A DNA stretch of 64,000 bases from Eledone cirrhosa (Eukaryota): contig OZ024742.1 in NCBI GenBank assembly GCA_964016885.1, forward strand, positions 362,638,001 through 362,702,000, written 5' to 3'. The position numbers and the translations under genes were made by a program. Below the pieces are notes generated by a model. The model had not been told where the DNA came from, searched no databases, and saw nothing but the letters and a program-made list of their open reading frames with translations. How positions within the stretch are numbered: position 1 is the first letter of the stretch; each line of letters begins with the position of its first letter. This document shows positions 45,801-56,029 of the stretch, in pieces.

Positions 45801-46308
45801 TGAGCAGGTTGGTGAGGCTCTTGCACCCTCCACCCCTATCCGCTAATCCCACACAGTCCCAGCGTGCATCTAAGATCCCGTTCCAGTCGCCCACTAACAC
45901 TAAAGAGCGGGACGTTCCAAGAAAGGTCTCCAGACGCCGGAAGAAATCAGGCCGCCCTGCTCCTGTCGGGGCATAGACGGCCACTAGCCTGAAAGCTTGC
46001 CCGTCTCCGCTGGTCACGTCCAGCACCACCAGCTTACCCTCTGGGTCCAGGAAGATGGCCCGTATGGCGAGATCCAAACCTCTCCGAAAAAGCACAGCAA
46101 CTCCTCCACCCGATCCAGGACGGCTGGGAGATGCGTACACATCGTAGCCGCCGAAGATCGGTGCGAAGGCCCGTGCTTCGGAGATTCTGGTCTCGCTGAT
46201 GGCCACTACATCTATGTTTAGTGACCTGAGGTCGTTGAGCAGGTGACCCTGCTTCCATGACGACCCCAAGCCACGCGCATTTATGCTGCCTATTCTGAGT
46301 GAGGTCAT
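42889..46308 (-). CDS. ORF2 APE-RT-CCHC (1139 aa)
   Basis: Same motifs as 552-3971, with SYLDR. Confidence 0.96.
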   Translation of the reverse strand: MTSLRIGSINARGLGSSWKQGHLLNDLRSLNIDVVAISETRISEARAFAPIFGGYDVYASPSRPGSGGGVAVLFRRGLDLAIRAIFLDPEGKLVVLDVTSGDGQAFRLVAVYAPTGAGRPDFFRRLETFLGTSRSLVLVGDWNGILDARWDCVGLADRGGGCKSLTNLLRRFELSDRYRLDFPNVPMWTWTNRIGSSRSYLDRVFCREIDRSSIGCPQFKIVSYTDHKFVTCVLDLDRLHRRGPGYWKLNASLPARKAYRDRISELVKRALTGAIVNNKWWFALKRAIRIESIRFSKALAIEKNRAEGELVRKLDEALSKGIATDVLAAKLALDQFFNAKHEGCVVRARVRALRHEGTKAVQWARVAEARRGNKATIRSLVDHDGRMLLDPGQMCEAFQRHFTQLFGGSGGPGRGMDFSVYLDGLPRLSATEAKCCEKPITAAEVREAMTGCTRGKSPGLDGLPYELYVQMPDLFGGLLADVYCNWQQNGRIPSSVSRGAVALLRKDPNKGDNIDNFRPITLLNTEFKILAKVLAKRLALVVGGLVGKAQTCAIPDRSIHDNLHLMRYIVERVAREPGTGGSLINLDQSKAFDRVDHRYLAAVLRAAGFGPVFRGWIAAMHSDICSVVRVNGHLSEPFNIMRSVRQGCPLSSLLYVLTLEPLLHKLETLRGVPRELGCGRSVSAYADDVTVVVSNAKHIEAIGTTLREYEAVTGAMINQEKSVGLQLGTWRGRSMPSNSVVGRWTDGPVKLLGVWFGPDLQTDKNWDEVTSRVASLTQKWAERKLSLKGRAEVANAYIASVICYRLTVVPCPKPRLTALERLLFRFLWMGRAPMVRRSICCQHPLRGGLGMPWLMMRRHALRLRHLHLFLDGDQVWSPFARRVFPQLVSLTELQSWVKRRPRGSAWRLECLQALTALDQSGNVIGGNSTSAFYRGLVEGKSDDVLGETLGVDENQLANLFGRTFGPGPMDNFQKSLAWQCYRGALPVRDKLYRHGGAVSRACPRCAQGDETVLHALVQCPKIADLWVYVEHLLSRLGRIQLSSESIVRIAPPSSFSREGQAVFICLVAMAKEIVWWTRLKGLKTSTYLFGDALIDFFKFHLKRKIRVEKEVLSSQHFVERWVREARMARVNGPTLSIYL

Positions 46309-46343
46309 GTTTAAAATAGAGTGGAAAAGATGGGAAAGACCAC

Positions 46344-48473
46344 TTACCGTACTTTTGGTAGAGGAGGGATGGTTTTTACATCCCTTTTCACTTGATCGTC
46401 TGGTGAAGGGACCGTTGAATCGTCCCTTCGGCTGGTCGTCGGCTCTTCTAAGAGAATGTCTGAATATACTCTTCGATTAATGGTTCCTCCTAGGTCCCTG
46501 AAATCACCAACTGCGTTGGGGAATTTCGTTTTAATGTTTGTGTATTGTTTCTGTGCTATTTTTAGCAGTCTTATGTTAGTTGGCGTTTTGATTGGTGCTG
46601 GTATTATGTAGTCCTGTTGTGAAATGTCTGTGTGTTCAATTATGTAAGTCATTAGTTTCTTGTTGTGTGTGTTTATTGCCGTGCATTTGTTTTTCTGGGA
46701 GTGGGGTGTGGTTCTGCTATTTTCTTGTCGTTGTTGCTGGGTGTGTGTGTTTTGTTGTTGTGTTTGCGATGTTGGTGCTTGTGGTGGTGGTGTTGAAGGT
46801 GTTGTTGGCGGTGGGGTTGTCGCCGGTGGTGATGGTGGTGCTGGTGTGGGTGGTGATGGTGTTGGTGGTGTTGCTGCTGTGGGTCTCTTTGCAGTAGACT
46901 TTACCCTTTTCTCATTTCTTTCCTCCCTTTTCAAAGGCGACGATGCGCTGCTTCTGCGTTTGTGCCTTCTTGAGACCTTTTGCCATCCCTCTCCCACCTC
47001 ACACTCCATGTCTGATTCTGTAAGGTCGGGGAGGGGTACCAGCTCCACTCTTTCACTTGTTGTTGTTGGTGATGTTTGCACTGGAGTCTCTGTTGCAGCT
47101 GCATTTGGTATTGCTGTTGTTGTTGTTAATATTTCCACTGCTGCTGCTGTCTTTGATTTCCGTGGAGTGGGTATGGGTGCCACGGACCTATCGTTCCTGG
47201 TTGCCGCTTGTCCTGTTGCTGGTAGCCGTGGAACCGGATTCGGGAGGAGGGGGGTTTTCTCCTTTCTCATGGTCTTCTCGTTGCAGAAGGCCCTGAGGTG
47301 AGTCTTCGATCCACAGCGAAAGCATTTCGGGCGTTTGCCCTCAACACTTATGGGCAGTTGAGTGCCGTTATCGAAGTCTATCACATCCGGGATAGCTTCG
47401 ATGCACTCCTGGTTGGTTTGGATTAGCATCTCAATGGAGGAGCCGACCCAATCTTCTCTTACTTTTTTCTGTACTTGCAGTACAGTTGTTTTGTCCTCGA
47501 TTCCGACGAGGACAGACGCGGCCAGCCAAGAAGGGGTCATTCCGGGGGGGACGTGGGTCAGTTTGACCCTCACAATTTTTTGCCCGCAGTAGGAGGGCAC
47601 CAACACCATTTCCTCGCTCCTTAGGGTCACTACTGATTGGGCCTTTGCCTCCTGGGGTGTGGCAAAAAGTACGTCTACGGTGGCGTATTTTTTGCCTCGG
47701 GTGATGTGCGTTTTTCTCTGCCACACAGACCCCAAGGCTTTTTGTATTTGGGCCTCTGTGGCTCTTTCCACCCTACGGGATTTTGTACTTACTGTACGGT
47801 ACGTGACCGTACAGTGCTCTTGGGTTTCGAAAAAATTTTTCGCTGCCTTGCAGATTGCTCGGTGTCCGTTCTTTGTCACCATCTTCTTCGCTTCCTCTAA
47901 TTCCTCATTTGTTATGAGGATTGTTTCCAGGTTTTTCGCAATACCTGCAAATGAGATTGGTTTTTCTCTGCTGTTGTTGTTGTCGTCAGAGCTGCTGGTA
48001 CTTTTGTTGTTGCTGCAGGTACTACGACTACTGCCTCCGCCGCTGTTGCTGTGGTTGTTGTTGGTGTTGCTGCTGCTAATGCTGTTGTTGTTTATGCTGC
48101 TGGTGATGCTGTTGCGGCTGCTACTGTTGTTTTCATTGTCACTGTTGCTGTTGTTATTACGGCTGCTACTGCTATTATTCCTGACCTCAGACGAATGAAC
48201 TGGGTTTTCGTATTTCCCGCACACCTGTTTCGTCGCTGTCGTCGTCGTCGTGGAGAAACCTTGCACGCTTTGCACGAGACTTTTCTTTTCTTTCGTCGCT
48301 TGCGAAAGAGAAGGGAGGGAGAGAGACACATTTAAAGAAGGGAGGGAGAGAGACAATCTTCTCTCTGCTGTAGTGATGATTGAGGAAGAAGAAGACGGAA
48401 TGAGTGGGAGTGACGTATGAAATTTCTTTTTCGTAGCCATGTTTTTTTGTTTAAAATGAAATTTTGGGTACAA
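46344..48473 (-). CDS. ORF1 gag-like CCHC protein (probable ATG at 48440, MATKKK)
   Basis: Near-identical to 4007-6103. Confidence 0.9.
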   Translation of the reverse strand: MYPKFHFKQKNMATKKKFHTSLPLIPSSSSSIITTAERRLSLSLPSLNVSLSLPSLSQATKEKKSLVQSVQGFSTTTTTATKQVCGKYENPVHSSEVRNNSSSSRNNNSNSDNENNSSSRNSITSSINNNSISSSNTNNNHSNSGGGSSRSTCSNNKSTSSSDDNNNSREKPISFAGIAKNLETILITNEELEEAKKMVTKNGHRAICKAAKNFFETQEHCTVTYRTVSTKSRRVERATEAQIQKALGSVWQRKTHITRGKKYATVDVLFATPQEAKAQSVVTLRSEEMVLVPSYCGQKIVRVKLTHVPPGMTPSWLAASVLVGIEDKTTVLQVQKKVREDWVGSSIEMLIQTNQECIEAIPDVIDFDNGTQLPISVEGKRPKCFRCGSKTHLRAFCNEKTMRKEKTPLLPNPVPRLPATGQAATRNDRSVAPIPTPRKSKTAAAVEILTTTTAIPNAAATETPVQTSPTTTSERVELVPLPDLTESDMECEVGEGWQKVSRRHKRRSSASSPLKREERNEKRVKSTAKRPTAATPPTPSPPTPAPPSPPATTPPPTTPSTPPPQAPTSQTQQQNTHTQQQRQENSRTTPHSQKNKCTAINTHNKKLMTYIIEHTDISQQDYIIPAPIKTPTNIRLLKIAQKQYTNIKTKFPNAVGDFRDLGGTINRRVYSDILLEEPTTSRRDDSTVPSPDDQVKRDVKTIPPLPKVR

Positions 48474-48653
48474 AACCCCAATAACTGGTTATTTAACCCC
48501 GAAGGGCCAAATAACGGACAGAAAGACCCCTCTCACGAGGAGGAGGGTGTCTTTATCAACAATTTGGTTCAAGTTTTAAACAATTTACAATTGTTTTAAC
48601 GGTTAAAAATTACTATACCTTACAGAGCCGAGCCTCCGTCAACTATGGCATTC

Positions 48654-48716
<63 letters not shown>
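48654..48716. repeat. (TAA)n spacer
   Basis: Pure run. Confidence 0.99.
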
Positions 48717-48718
<2 letters not shown>

Positions 48719-48978
48719 TTTCTTTATTAACCACAAGGGTTTACATAAAGTAGACATTAAGGACAGTGCAGGACAATGCAGGACGGTACAAATGGGCATT
48801 TCTGCGTGTAAAAAAACAAAAACAGAGGATGTAACAAAAATAACAATGAAAATAACAATGAAAAATTCCCCAATAGGGGGGAGACTTCGGAGGGACATTT
48901 GTGGAGAAAGCCCAGTAAAAAGCCACAATGACCCTGACCACCAAGGCAAGTGCCCTCTCCCAGTTTTCCACCTTTAGT

Positions 48979-51900
48979 TTACAGATATATACTCAGAGTC
49001 GGCCCATTCACTCGGGCCATTCTTGCTTCTCTCACCCATCTTTCAACAAAATGCTGGGAAGAGAGCACTTCCTTTTCTACTCTGATTTTCCTTTTCAAAT
49101 GAAATTTGAAAAAGTCAATCAGAGCATCACCGAAGAGGTAAGTGCTCGTCTTCAGCCCTTTCAAACGTGTCCACCATACTATCTCTTTCGCCATGGCCAC
49201 CAGACAGATAAAAACTGCCTGCCCTTCCCGGCTAAAGGAGGAGGGCGGGGCAATCCTCACGATAGACTCAGATGATAGCTGGATCCGTCCTAAACGCGAC
49301 AGCAGGTGTTCGACATAAACCCACAAGTCAGCAATTTTCGGACACTGGACGAGTGCGTGCAGGACGGTTTCGTCGCCCTGCGCGCATCTCGGACATGCCC
49401 GGCTGACGGCACCTCCATGCCTGTAGAGTTTATCCCGAACTGGCAAGGCTCCTCGGTAGCACTGCCAGGCCAGAGATTTCTGGAAGTTGTCCATAGGCCC
49501 TGGCCCGAAAGTTCTTCCGAAGAGATTGGCTAGTTGATTTTCGTCGACGCCTAGAGTTTCCCCAAGTACGTCGTCGCTCTTCCCCTCCACTAATCCTCTA
49601 TAGAACGCCGAGGTGGAGTTTCCACCGATCACATTGCCCGATTGGTCGAGGGCTGTGAGCGCCTGAAGACATTCCAGTCTCCAGGCGCTCCCTCTCGGTC
49701 TTCGCTTGACCCAGGACTGCAGCTCCGTCAAGGAAACGAGCTGGGGAAAAACGCGTCTAGCAAACGGCGACCACACCTGATCACCGTCGAGGAAGAGGTG
49801 GAGATGTCGTAGCCTGAGCGCGTGCCTGCGCATCATCAGCCACGGCATGCCCAGCCCTCCACGTAGCGGGTGTTGACAACAGATGGACCGCCTGACCATC
49901 GGAGCACGTCCCTTCCACAAAAAGCGAAAGAGCAAACGCTCCAGCGCAGTCAGGCGAGGCTTAGGACAAGGTACGACGGTTAGGCGGTAGCAGATGACAG
50001 ACGCGATGTACGCGTTAGCCACCTCCGCTCGACCTTTCAGGGATAGCTTCCTCTCCGCCCATTTCTGGGTGAGAGAAGCCACCCTGCTCGTCACCTCGTC
50101 CCAGTTTTTGTCCGTCTGGAGGTCCGGACCGAACCAGACCCCTAGCAATTTAACCGGTCCGTCCGTCCAGCGCCCGACGACGCTGTTGGACGGCATGGAC
50201 CTGCCTCTCCAGGTGCCGAGCTGCAGGCCCACTGACTTTTCCTGGTTGATCATTGCTCCTGTCACCGCTTCGTATTCTCTTAGTGTAGTGCCGATCGCCT
50301 CGATGTGTTTGGCGTTCGACACCACTACGGTGACATCGTCCGCATATGCTGACACGGATCTTCCGCATCCTAGTTCGCGCGGGACTCCCCTCAACGTCTC
50401 CAGTTTGTGCAGTAATGGCTCGAGAGTCAATACGTACAAGAGGGACGAGAGGGGACATCCTTGGCGGACCGAGCGCATGATGTTGAACGGTTCCGACAGG
50501 TGACCGTTCACTCTCACCACAGAGCAGATGTCGCTGTGCATGGCAGCGATCCAGCCTCTGAAGACGGGCCCAAAGCCAGCCGCCCTCAGGACTGCCGCTA
50601 GGTAACGATGGTCGACCCTATCGAAAGCTTTCGACTGATCTAAATTGATCAAGGACCCACCCGTGCCAGGTTCCCTAGCTACCCTCTCTACGATGTATCG
50701 CATGAGGTGGAGGTTGTCGTGGATGGATCTGTCGGGAATGGCGCATGTCTGCGCCTCTCCCACCAGACCACCAACGACAAGCGCCAACCTCTTTGCTAGC
50801 ACCTTGGCCAAAATCTTAAACTCTGTGTTTAGCAGAGTTATGGGCCGGAAATTGTCTATGTTATCCCCCTTGTTCGGATCCTTTCTCAGCAGTGCCACCG
50901 CTCCTCGGCTCACAGAACTGGGAATTCTCCCGTTCTGTTGCCAGTTGCAGTAGACGTCCGCCAAGAGGCCTCCGAACAAGTCTGGCATCTGTACGTAAAG
51001 TTCATAGGGCAGACCATCCAAACCAGGCGATTTACCCCTTGTGCAGCCAGTCATTGCCTCCCGTACTTCAGCGGCTGTTATCGGCTTTTCGCAACACCTC
51101 GCCTCAGTGGCCGAGAGCCGCGGCAGCCCGTCGAGGTAGACACTAAAGTCCATCCCTCTACCCGGCCCCCCGCTGCCCCCGAACAGCTGAGCGAAGTGTC
51201 GCTGAAAAGCTTCACACATTTGCCCGGGATCGAGTAGCATGCGCCCGTCGTGGTCCACCAAAGACCGGATCGTGGCTTTGTTGCCACGACGCGCCTCCGC
51301 CACTCGGGCCCATTGAACGGCTTTCGTCCCCTCGTGTCTGAGAGCACGCACCCTAGCTCTGACAACGCAGCCTTCGTGCTTTGCATTGAAGAATTGGTCA
51401 AGGGCCAATTTCGCCGCAAGCACGTCGGTCGCAATGCCTTTGCTAAGCGCCTCGTCTAATTTTCTAACTAGTTCTCCCTCTGCTCTATTTTTCTCTATTG
51501 CTAAAGCCTTACTAAACCTAATCGATTCTATTCTAATCGCTCTTTTCAGAGCAAACCACCACTTGTTGTTGACGATGGCCCCCGTCAACGCCCGCTTAAC
51601 TAGTTCGCTAATCCGGTCTCTGTAGGCCTTGCGCGCTGGTAAGGACGCGTTTAGCTTCCAGTAGCCGGGTCCTCGTCTATGAAGCCTATCTAAGTCAAGC
51701 ACACAGATCACGAATTTGTGGTCCGTGTAGCTGACTATCTTGAATTGTGGACAGCCTATGCTAGACCTATCTATTTCCCTACAAAATACTCTATCTAGAT
51801 ATGATCTGGATGACCCTATGCGGTTTGTCCAAGTCCACATTGGCACATTCGGGAAATCCAATCGGTACCTGTCAGACAGTTCAAAACGCCTGAGCAGGTT

Positions 51901-52398
51901 GGTGAGGCTCTTGCACCCTCCACCCCTATCCGCTAATCCCACACAGTCCCAGCGTGCATCTAAGATCCCGTTCCAGTCGCCCACTAACACTAAAGAGCGC
52001 GACGTTCCAAGAAAGGTCTCCAGACGCCGGAAGAAATCAGGCCGCCCTGCTCCTGTCGGGGCATAGACGGCCACTAGCCTGAAAGCTTGCCCGTCTCCGC
52101 TGGTCACGTCCAGCACCACCAGCTTACCCTCTGGGTCCAGGAAGATGGCCCGTATGGCGAGATCCAAACCTCTCCGAAAAAGCACAGCAACTCCTCCACC
52201 CGATCCAGGACGGCTGGGAGATGCGTACACATCGTAGCCGCCGAAGATCGGTGCGAAGGCCCGTGCTTCGGAGATTCTGGTCTCGCTGATGGCCACTACA
52301 TCTATGTTTAGTGACCTGAGGTCGTTGAGCAGGTGACCCTGCTTCCATGACGACCCCAAGCCACGCGCATTTATGCTGCCTATTCTGAGTGAGGTCAT
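48979..52398 (-). CDS. ORF2 APE-RT-CCHC (1139 aa)
   Basis: Same motifs as 552-3971. Confidence 0.96.
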   Translation of the reverse strand: MTSLRIGSINARGLGSSWKQGHLLNDLRSLNIDVVAISETRISEARAFAPIFGGYDVYASPSRPGSGGGVAVLFRRGLDLAIRAIFLDPEGKLVVLDVTSGDGQAFRLVAVYAPTGAGRPDFFRRLETFLGTSRSLVLVGDWNGILDARWDCVGLADRGGGCKSLTNLLRRFELSDRYRLDFPNVPMWTWTNRIGSSRSYLDRVFCREIDRSSIGCPQFKIVSYTDHKFVICVLDLDRLHRRGPGYWKLNASLPARKAYRDRISELVKRALTGAIVNNKWWFALKRAIRIESIRFSKALAIEKNRAEGELVRKLDEALSKGIATDVLAAKLALDQFFNAKHEGCVVRARVRALRHEGTKAVQWARVAEARRGNKATIRSLVDHDGRMLLDPGQMCEAFQRHFAQLFGGSGGPGRGMDFSVYLDGLPRLSATEARCCEKPITAAEVREAMTGCTRGKSPGLDGLPYELYVQMPDLFGGLLADVYCNWQQNGRIPSSVSRGAVALLRKDPNKGDNIDNFRPITLLNTEFKILAKVLAKRLALVVGGLVGEAQTCAIPDRSIHDNLHLMRYIVERVAREPGTGGSLINLDQSKAFDRVDHRYLAAVLRAAGFGPVFRGWIAAMHSDICSVVRVNGHLSEPFNIMRSVRQGCPLSSLLYVLTLEPLLHKLETLRGVPRELGCGRSVSAYADDVTVVVSNAKHIEAIGTTLREYEAVTGAMINQEKSVGLQLGTWRGRSMPSNSVVGRWTDGPVKLLGVWFGPDLQTDKNWDEVTSRVASLTQKWAERKLSLKGRAEVANAYIASVICYRLTVVPCPKPRLTALERLLFRFLWKGRAPMVRRSICCQHPLRGGLGMPWLMMRRHALRLRHLHLFLDGDQVWSPFARRVFPQLVSLTELQSWVKRRPRGSAWRLECLQALTALDQSGNVIGGNSTSAFYRGLVEGKSDDVLGETLGVDENQLANLFGRTFGPGPMDNFQKSLAWQCYRGALPVRDKLYRHGGAVSRACPRCAQGDETVLHALVQCPKIADLWVYVEHLLSRLGRIQLSSESIVRIAPPSSFSREGQAVFICLVAMAKEIVWWTRLKGLKTSTYLFGDALIDFFKFHLKRKIRVEKEVLSSQHFVERWVREARMARVNGPTLSIYL

Positions 52399-52433
52399 GT
52401 TTAAAATAGAGTGGAAAAGATGGGAAAGACCAC

Positions 52434-54563
52434 TTACCGTACTTTTGGTAGAGGAGGGATGGTTTTTACATCCCTTTTCACTTGATCGTCTGGTGAAGGG
52501 ACCGTTGAATCGTCCCTTCGGCTGGTCGTCGGCTCTTCTAAGAGAATGTCTGAATATACTCTTCGATTAATGGTTCCTCCTAGGTCCCTGAAATCACCAA
52601 CTGCGTTGGGGAATTTCGTTTTAATGTTTGTGTATTGTTTCTGTGCTATTTTTAGCAGTCTTATGTTAGTTGGCGTTTTGATTGGTGCTGGTATTATGTA
52701 GTCCTGTTGTGAAATGTCTGTGTGTTCAATTATGTAAGTCATTAGTTTCTTGTTGTGTGTGTTTATTGCCGTGCATTTGTTTTTCTGGGAGTGGGGTGTG
52801 GTTCTGCTATTTTCTTGTCGTTGTTGCTGGGTGTGTGTGTTTTGTTGTTGTGTTTGCGATGTTGGTGCTTGTGGTGGTGGTGTTGAAGGTGTTGTTGGCG
52901 GTGGGGTTGTCGCCGGTGGTGATGGTGGTGCTGGTGTGGGTGGTGATGGTGTTGGTGGTGTTGCTGCTGTGGGTCTCTTTGCAGTAGACTTTACCCTTTT
53001 CTCATTTCTTTCCTCCCTTTTCAAAGGCGACGATGCGCTGCTTCTGCGTTTGTGCCTTCTTGAGACCTTTTGCCATCCCTCTCCCACCTCACACTCCATG
53101 TCTGATTCTGTAAGGTCGGGGAGGGGTACCAGCTCCACTCTTTCACTTGTTGTTGTTGGTGATGTTTGCACTGGAGTCTCTGTTGCAGCTGCATTTGGTA
53201 TTGCTGTTGTTGTTGTTAATATTTCCACTGCTGCTGCTGTCTTTGATTTCCGTGGAGTGGGTATGGGTGCCACGGACCTATCGTTCCTGGTTGCCGCTTG
53301 TCCTGTTGCTGGTAGCCGTGGAACCGGATTCGGGAGGAGGGGGGTTTTCTCCTTTCTCATGGTCTTCTCGTTGCAGAAGGCCCTGAGGTGAGTCTTCGAT
53401 CCACAGCGAAAGCATTTCGGGCGTTTGCCCTCAACACTTATGGGCAGTTGAGTGCCGTTATCGAAGTCTATCACATCCGGGATAGCTTCGATGCACTCCT
53501 GGTTGGTTTGGATTAGCATCTCAATGGAGGAGCCGACCCAATCTTCTCTTACTTTTTTCTGTACTTGCAGTACAGTTGTTTTGTCCTCGATTCCGACGAG
53601 GACAGACGCGGCCAGCCAAGAAGGGGTCATTCCGGGGGGGACGTGGGTCAGTTTGACCCTCACAATTTTTTGCCCGCAGTAGGAGGGCACCAACACCATT
53701 TCCTCGCTCCTTAGGGTCACTACTGATTGGGCCTTTGCCTCCTGGGGTGTGGCAAAAAGTACGTCTACGGTGGCGTATTTTTTGCCTCGGGTGATGTGCG
53801 TTTTTCTCTGCCACACAGACCCCAAGGCTTTTTGTATTTGGGCCTCTGTGGCTCTTTCCACCCTACGGGATTTTGTACTTACTGTACGGTACGTGACCGT
53901 ACAGTGCTCTTGGGTTTCGAAAAAATTTTTCGCTGCCTTGCAGATTGCTCGGTGTCCGTTCTTTGTCACCATCTTCTTCGCTTCCTCTAATTCCTCATTT
54001 GTTATGAGGATTGTTTCCAGGTTTTTCGCAATACCTGCAAATGAGATTGGTTTTTCTCTGCTGTTGTTGTTGTCGTCAGAGCTGCTGGTACTTTTGTTGT
54101 TGCTGCAGGTACTACGACTACTGCCTCCGCCGCTGTTGCTGTGGTTGTTGTTGGTGTTGCTGCTGCTAATGCTGTTGTTGTTTATGCTGCTGGTGATGCT
54201 GTTGCGGCTGCTACTGTTGTTTTCATTGTCACTGTTGCTGTTGTTATTACGGCTGCTACTGCTATTATTCCTGACCTCAGACGAATGAACTGGGTTTTCG
54301 TATTTCCCGCACACCTGTTTCGTCGCTGTCGTCGTCGTCGTGGAGAAACCTTGCACGCTTTGCACGAGACTTTTCTTTTCTTTCGTCGCTTGCGAAAGAG
54401 AAGGGAGGGAGAGAGACACATTTAAAGAAGGGAGGGAGAGAGACAATCTTCTCTCTGCTGTAGTGATGATTGAGGAAGAAGAAGACGGAATGAGTGGGAG
54501 TGACGTATGAAATTTCTTTTTCGTAGCCATGTTTTTTTGTTTAAAATGAAATTTTGGGTACAA
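52434..54563 (-). CDS. ORF1 gag-like CCHC protein (probable ATG at 54530)
   Basis: Translation identical to 46344-48473. Confidence 0.9.
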   Translation of the reverse strand: MYPKFHFKQKNMATKKKFHTSLPLIPSSSSSIITTAERRLSLSLPSLNVSLSLPSLSQATKEKKSLVQSVQGFSTTTTTATKQVCGKYENPVHSSEVRNNSSSSRNNNSNSDNENNSSSRNSITSSINNNSISSSNTNNNHSNSGGGSSRSTCSNNKSTSSSDDNNNSREKPISFAGIAKNLETILITNEELEEAKKMVTKNGHRAICKAAKNFFETQEHCTVTYRTVSTKSRRVERATEAQIQKALGSVWQRKTHITRGKKYATVDVLFATPQEAKAQSVVTLRSEEMVLVPSYCGQKIVRVKLTHVPPGMTPSWLAASVLVGIEDKTTVLQVQKKVREDWVGSSIEMLIQTNQECIEAIPDVIDFDNGTQLPISVEGKRPKCFRCGSKTHLRAFCNEKTMRKEKTPLLPNPVPRLPATGQAATRNDRSVAPIPTPRKSKTAAAVEILTTTTAIPNAAATETPVQTSPTTTSERVELVPLPDLTESDMECEVGEGWQKVSRRHKRRSSASSPLKREERNEKRVKSTAKRPTAATPPTPSPPTPAPPSPPATTPPPTTPSTPPPQAPTSQTQQQNTHTQQQRQENSRTTPHSQKNKCTAINTHNKKLMTYIIEHTDISQQDYIIPAPIKTPTNIRLLKIAQKQYTNIKTKFPNAVGDFRDLGGTINRRVYSDILLEEPTTSRRDDSTVPSPDDQVKRDVKTIPPLPKVR

Positions 54564-54743
54564 AACCCCAATAACTGGTTATTTAACCCCGAAGGGCCAA
54601 ATAACGGACAGAAAGACCCCTCTCACGAGGAGGAGGGTGTCTTTATCAACAATTTGGTTCAAGTTTTAAACAATTTACAATTGTTTTAACGGTTAAAAAT
54701 TACTATACCTTACAGAGCCGAGCCTCCGTCAACTATGGCATTC

Positions 54744-54811
<68 letters not shown>

Positions 54812-54827
54812 GAAGAAGAAGAAGAAG
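54744..54827. repeat. (AAT)n(GAA)5 compound microsatellite; right edge of the array
   Basis: Direct reading; non-array sequence follows. Confidence 0.98.
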
Positions 54828-55204
54828 TCTATTGAAATAGGATTAGCCAATAAGGAAAACGTAGTGACTATTACTCTGATTAGGGCTTCTGAGATTGGTG
54901 AGAGTGAGTGAAGGAGGGATTATCCTCAAACCGGAGACCTGTGGAACAGACTGTACTCCACTAAAGGCACATAAGGACCATGTATTGGTACTAAACCAGG
55001 AAACCAATTAACTCTACTCCTCATGTAGTCCAACGAATGAGTGGAACACAGAACTCATTGATCCGGAACAAACGATGCAAGACACCACATTCAATACTCG
55101 AACAATTCCTCCTCTCCACCATTCCAGAAGTGGTGTTTATTTGATCGAAATCCCAAATCTTTATTTTGACTGTCCTGTTTAAAAAAATATAATAATAAAA
55201 GGCA

Positions 55205-55290
55205 ACGCTATCCTCATAGAATTTGAACTCATGGAGCAGAGACCCGGAACATATAACCGGCCTTATTTTGTTCTACTTGATAACTGTGAC
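55205..55290 (-). mobile_element. Degenerate tRNA-derived SINE relic
   Basis: Reverse B-box-like gaatttgaac and loose reverse similarity to 56428-56520. Confidence 0.4.
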
Positions 55291-55946
55291 AATTCGACAC
55301 CTATTTGTGAAGTTTTAAAATGTGGAGTACCACGTGAGAAACTACACAAAAAGTAAGGGGCCGATCCGTAGATCGGACCAAAAAGAATATTTGATTTGTC
55401 TTTTCCTGGCCGATTCTATCTGTAGTTTCGAACTCCTGACACAACCAGCATCGTCAACTAAAGTATTTTATTCAAGAATAAAACTCACCGTATTATCCTG
55501 CAATCGAATCCACGACCTTAATGTCATGTTCCCAACATACTACCCACCGAGCCACACGATTTATTGTTTTTTATGGCAATAAAACCATTGTTAAAACCTG
55601 GAGAAGTTGATGTAAGAAAAGACAACACACAGATCCAAATATTAAAACAGTATCAACAATGATAACAAAAATATTTGAAATTTGATAAAATTCCTTCGAT
55701 CACTGGGTTTGTAATGTGGACAATAAACTAGGTAAAGAAGGAATAGAACTCTGGCAGCAGGAAACCACACCACTACCACCACAAACACCAACGACCGCAA
55801 CACACATCACCACCACCACCATCACTACTGTCACCACCACCACCACCACTACCACCACCACCACTATCACCGCCAGCAGCAACCGCAACACACACAACCA
55901 CCTCATCAAAACAAACACACATTAATCGCAATAACAACAAAACAAA

Positions 55947-55947
<1 letters not shown>

Positions 55948-55977
<30 letters not shown>

Positions 55978-56029
55978 AAGAAGAAGAAGAAGAAGAAGAA
56001 GAAGAAGAAAAAGAAAAAGAAGAAGAAGA
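55948..56029. repeat. (GAA)n microsatellite, preceded by a CAC-rich tract (~55765-55900)
   Basis: Direct reading. Confidence 0.97.

Larger units (their letters stand above)
42626..48653 (-). mobile_element. Full-length intact Tx1 family A (copy A5)
   Basis: Both termini, both ORFs open. Confidence 0.96.
48717..54743 (-). mobile_element. Full-length intact Tx1 family A (copy A6)
   Basis: Both termini, both ORFs open. Confidence 0.96.

Noticed and set aside
225-54811. Repeat-spacer periodicity suggestive of a CRISPR-like array
   Set aside because: The repeats are variable-length microsatellites and the spacers are retrotransposons; no cas genes; eukaryotic context
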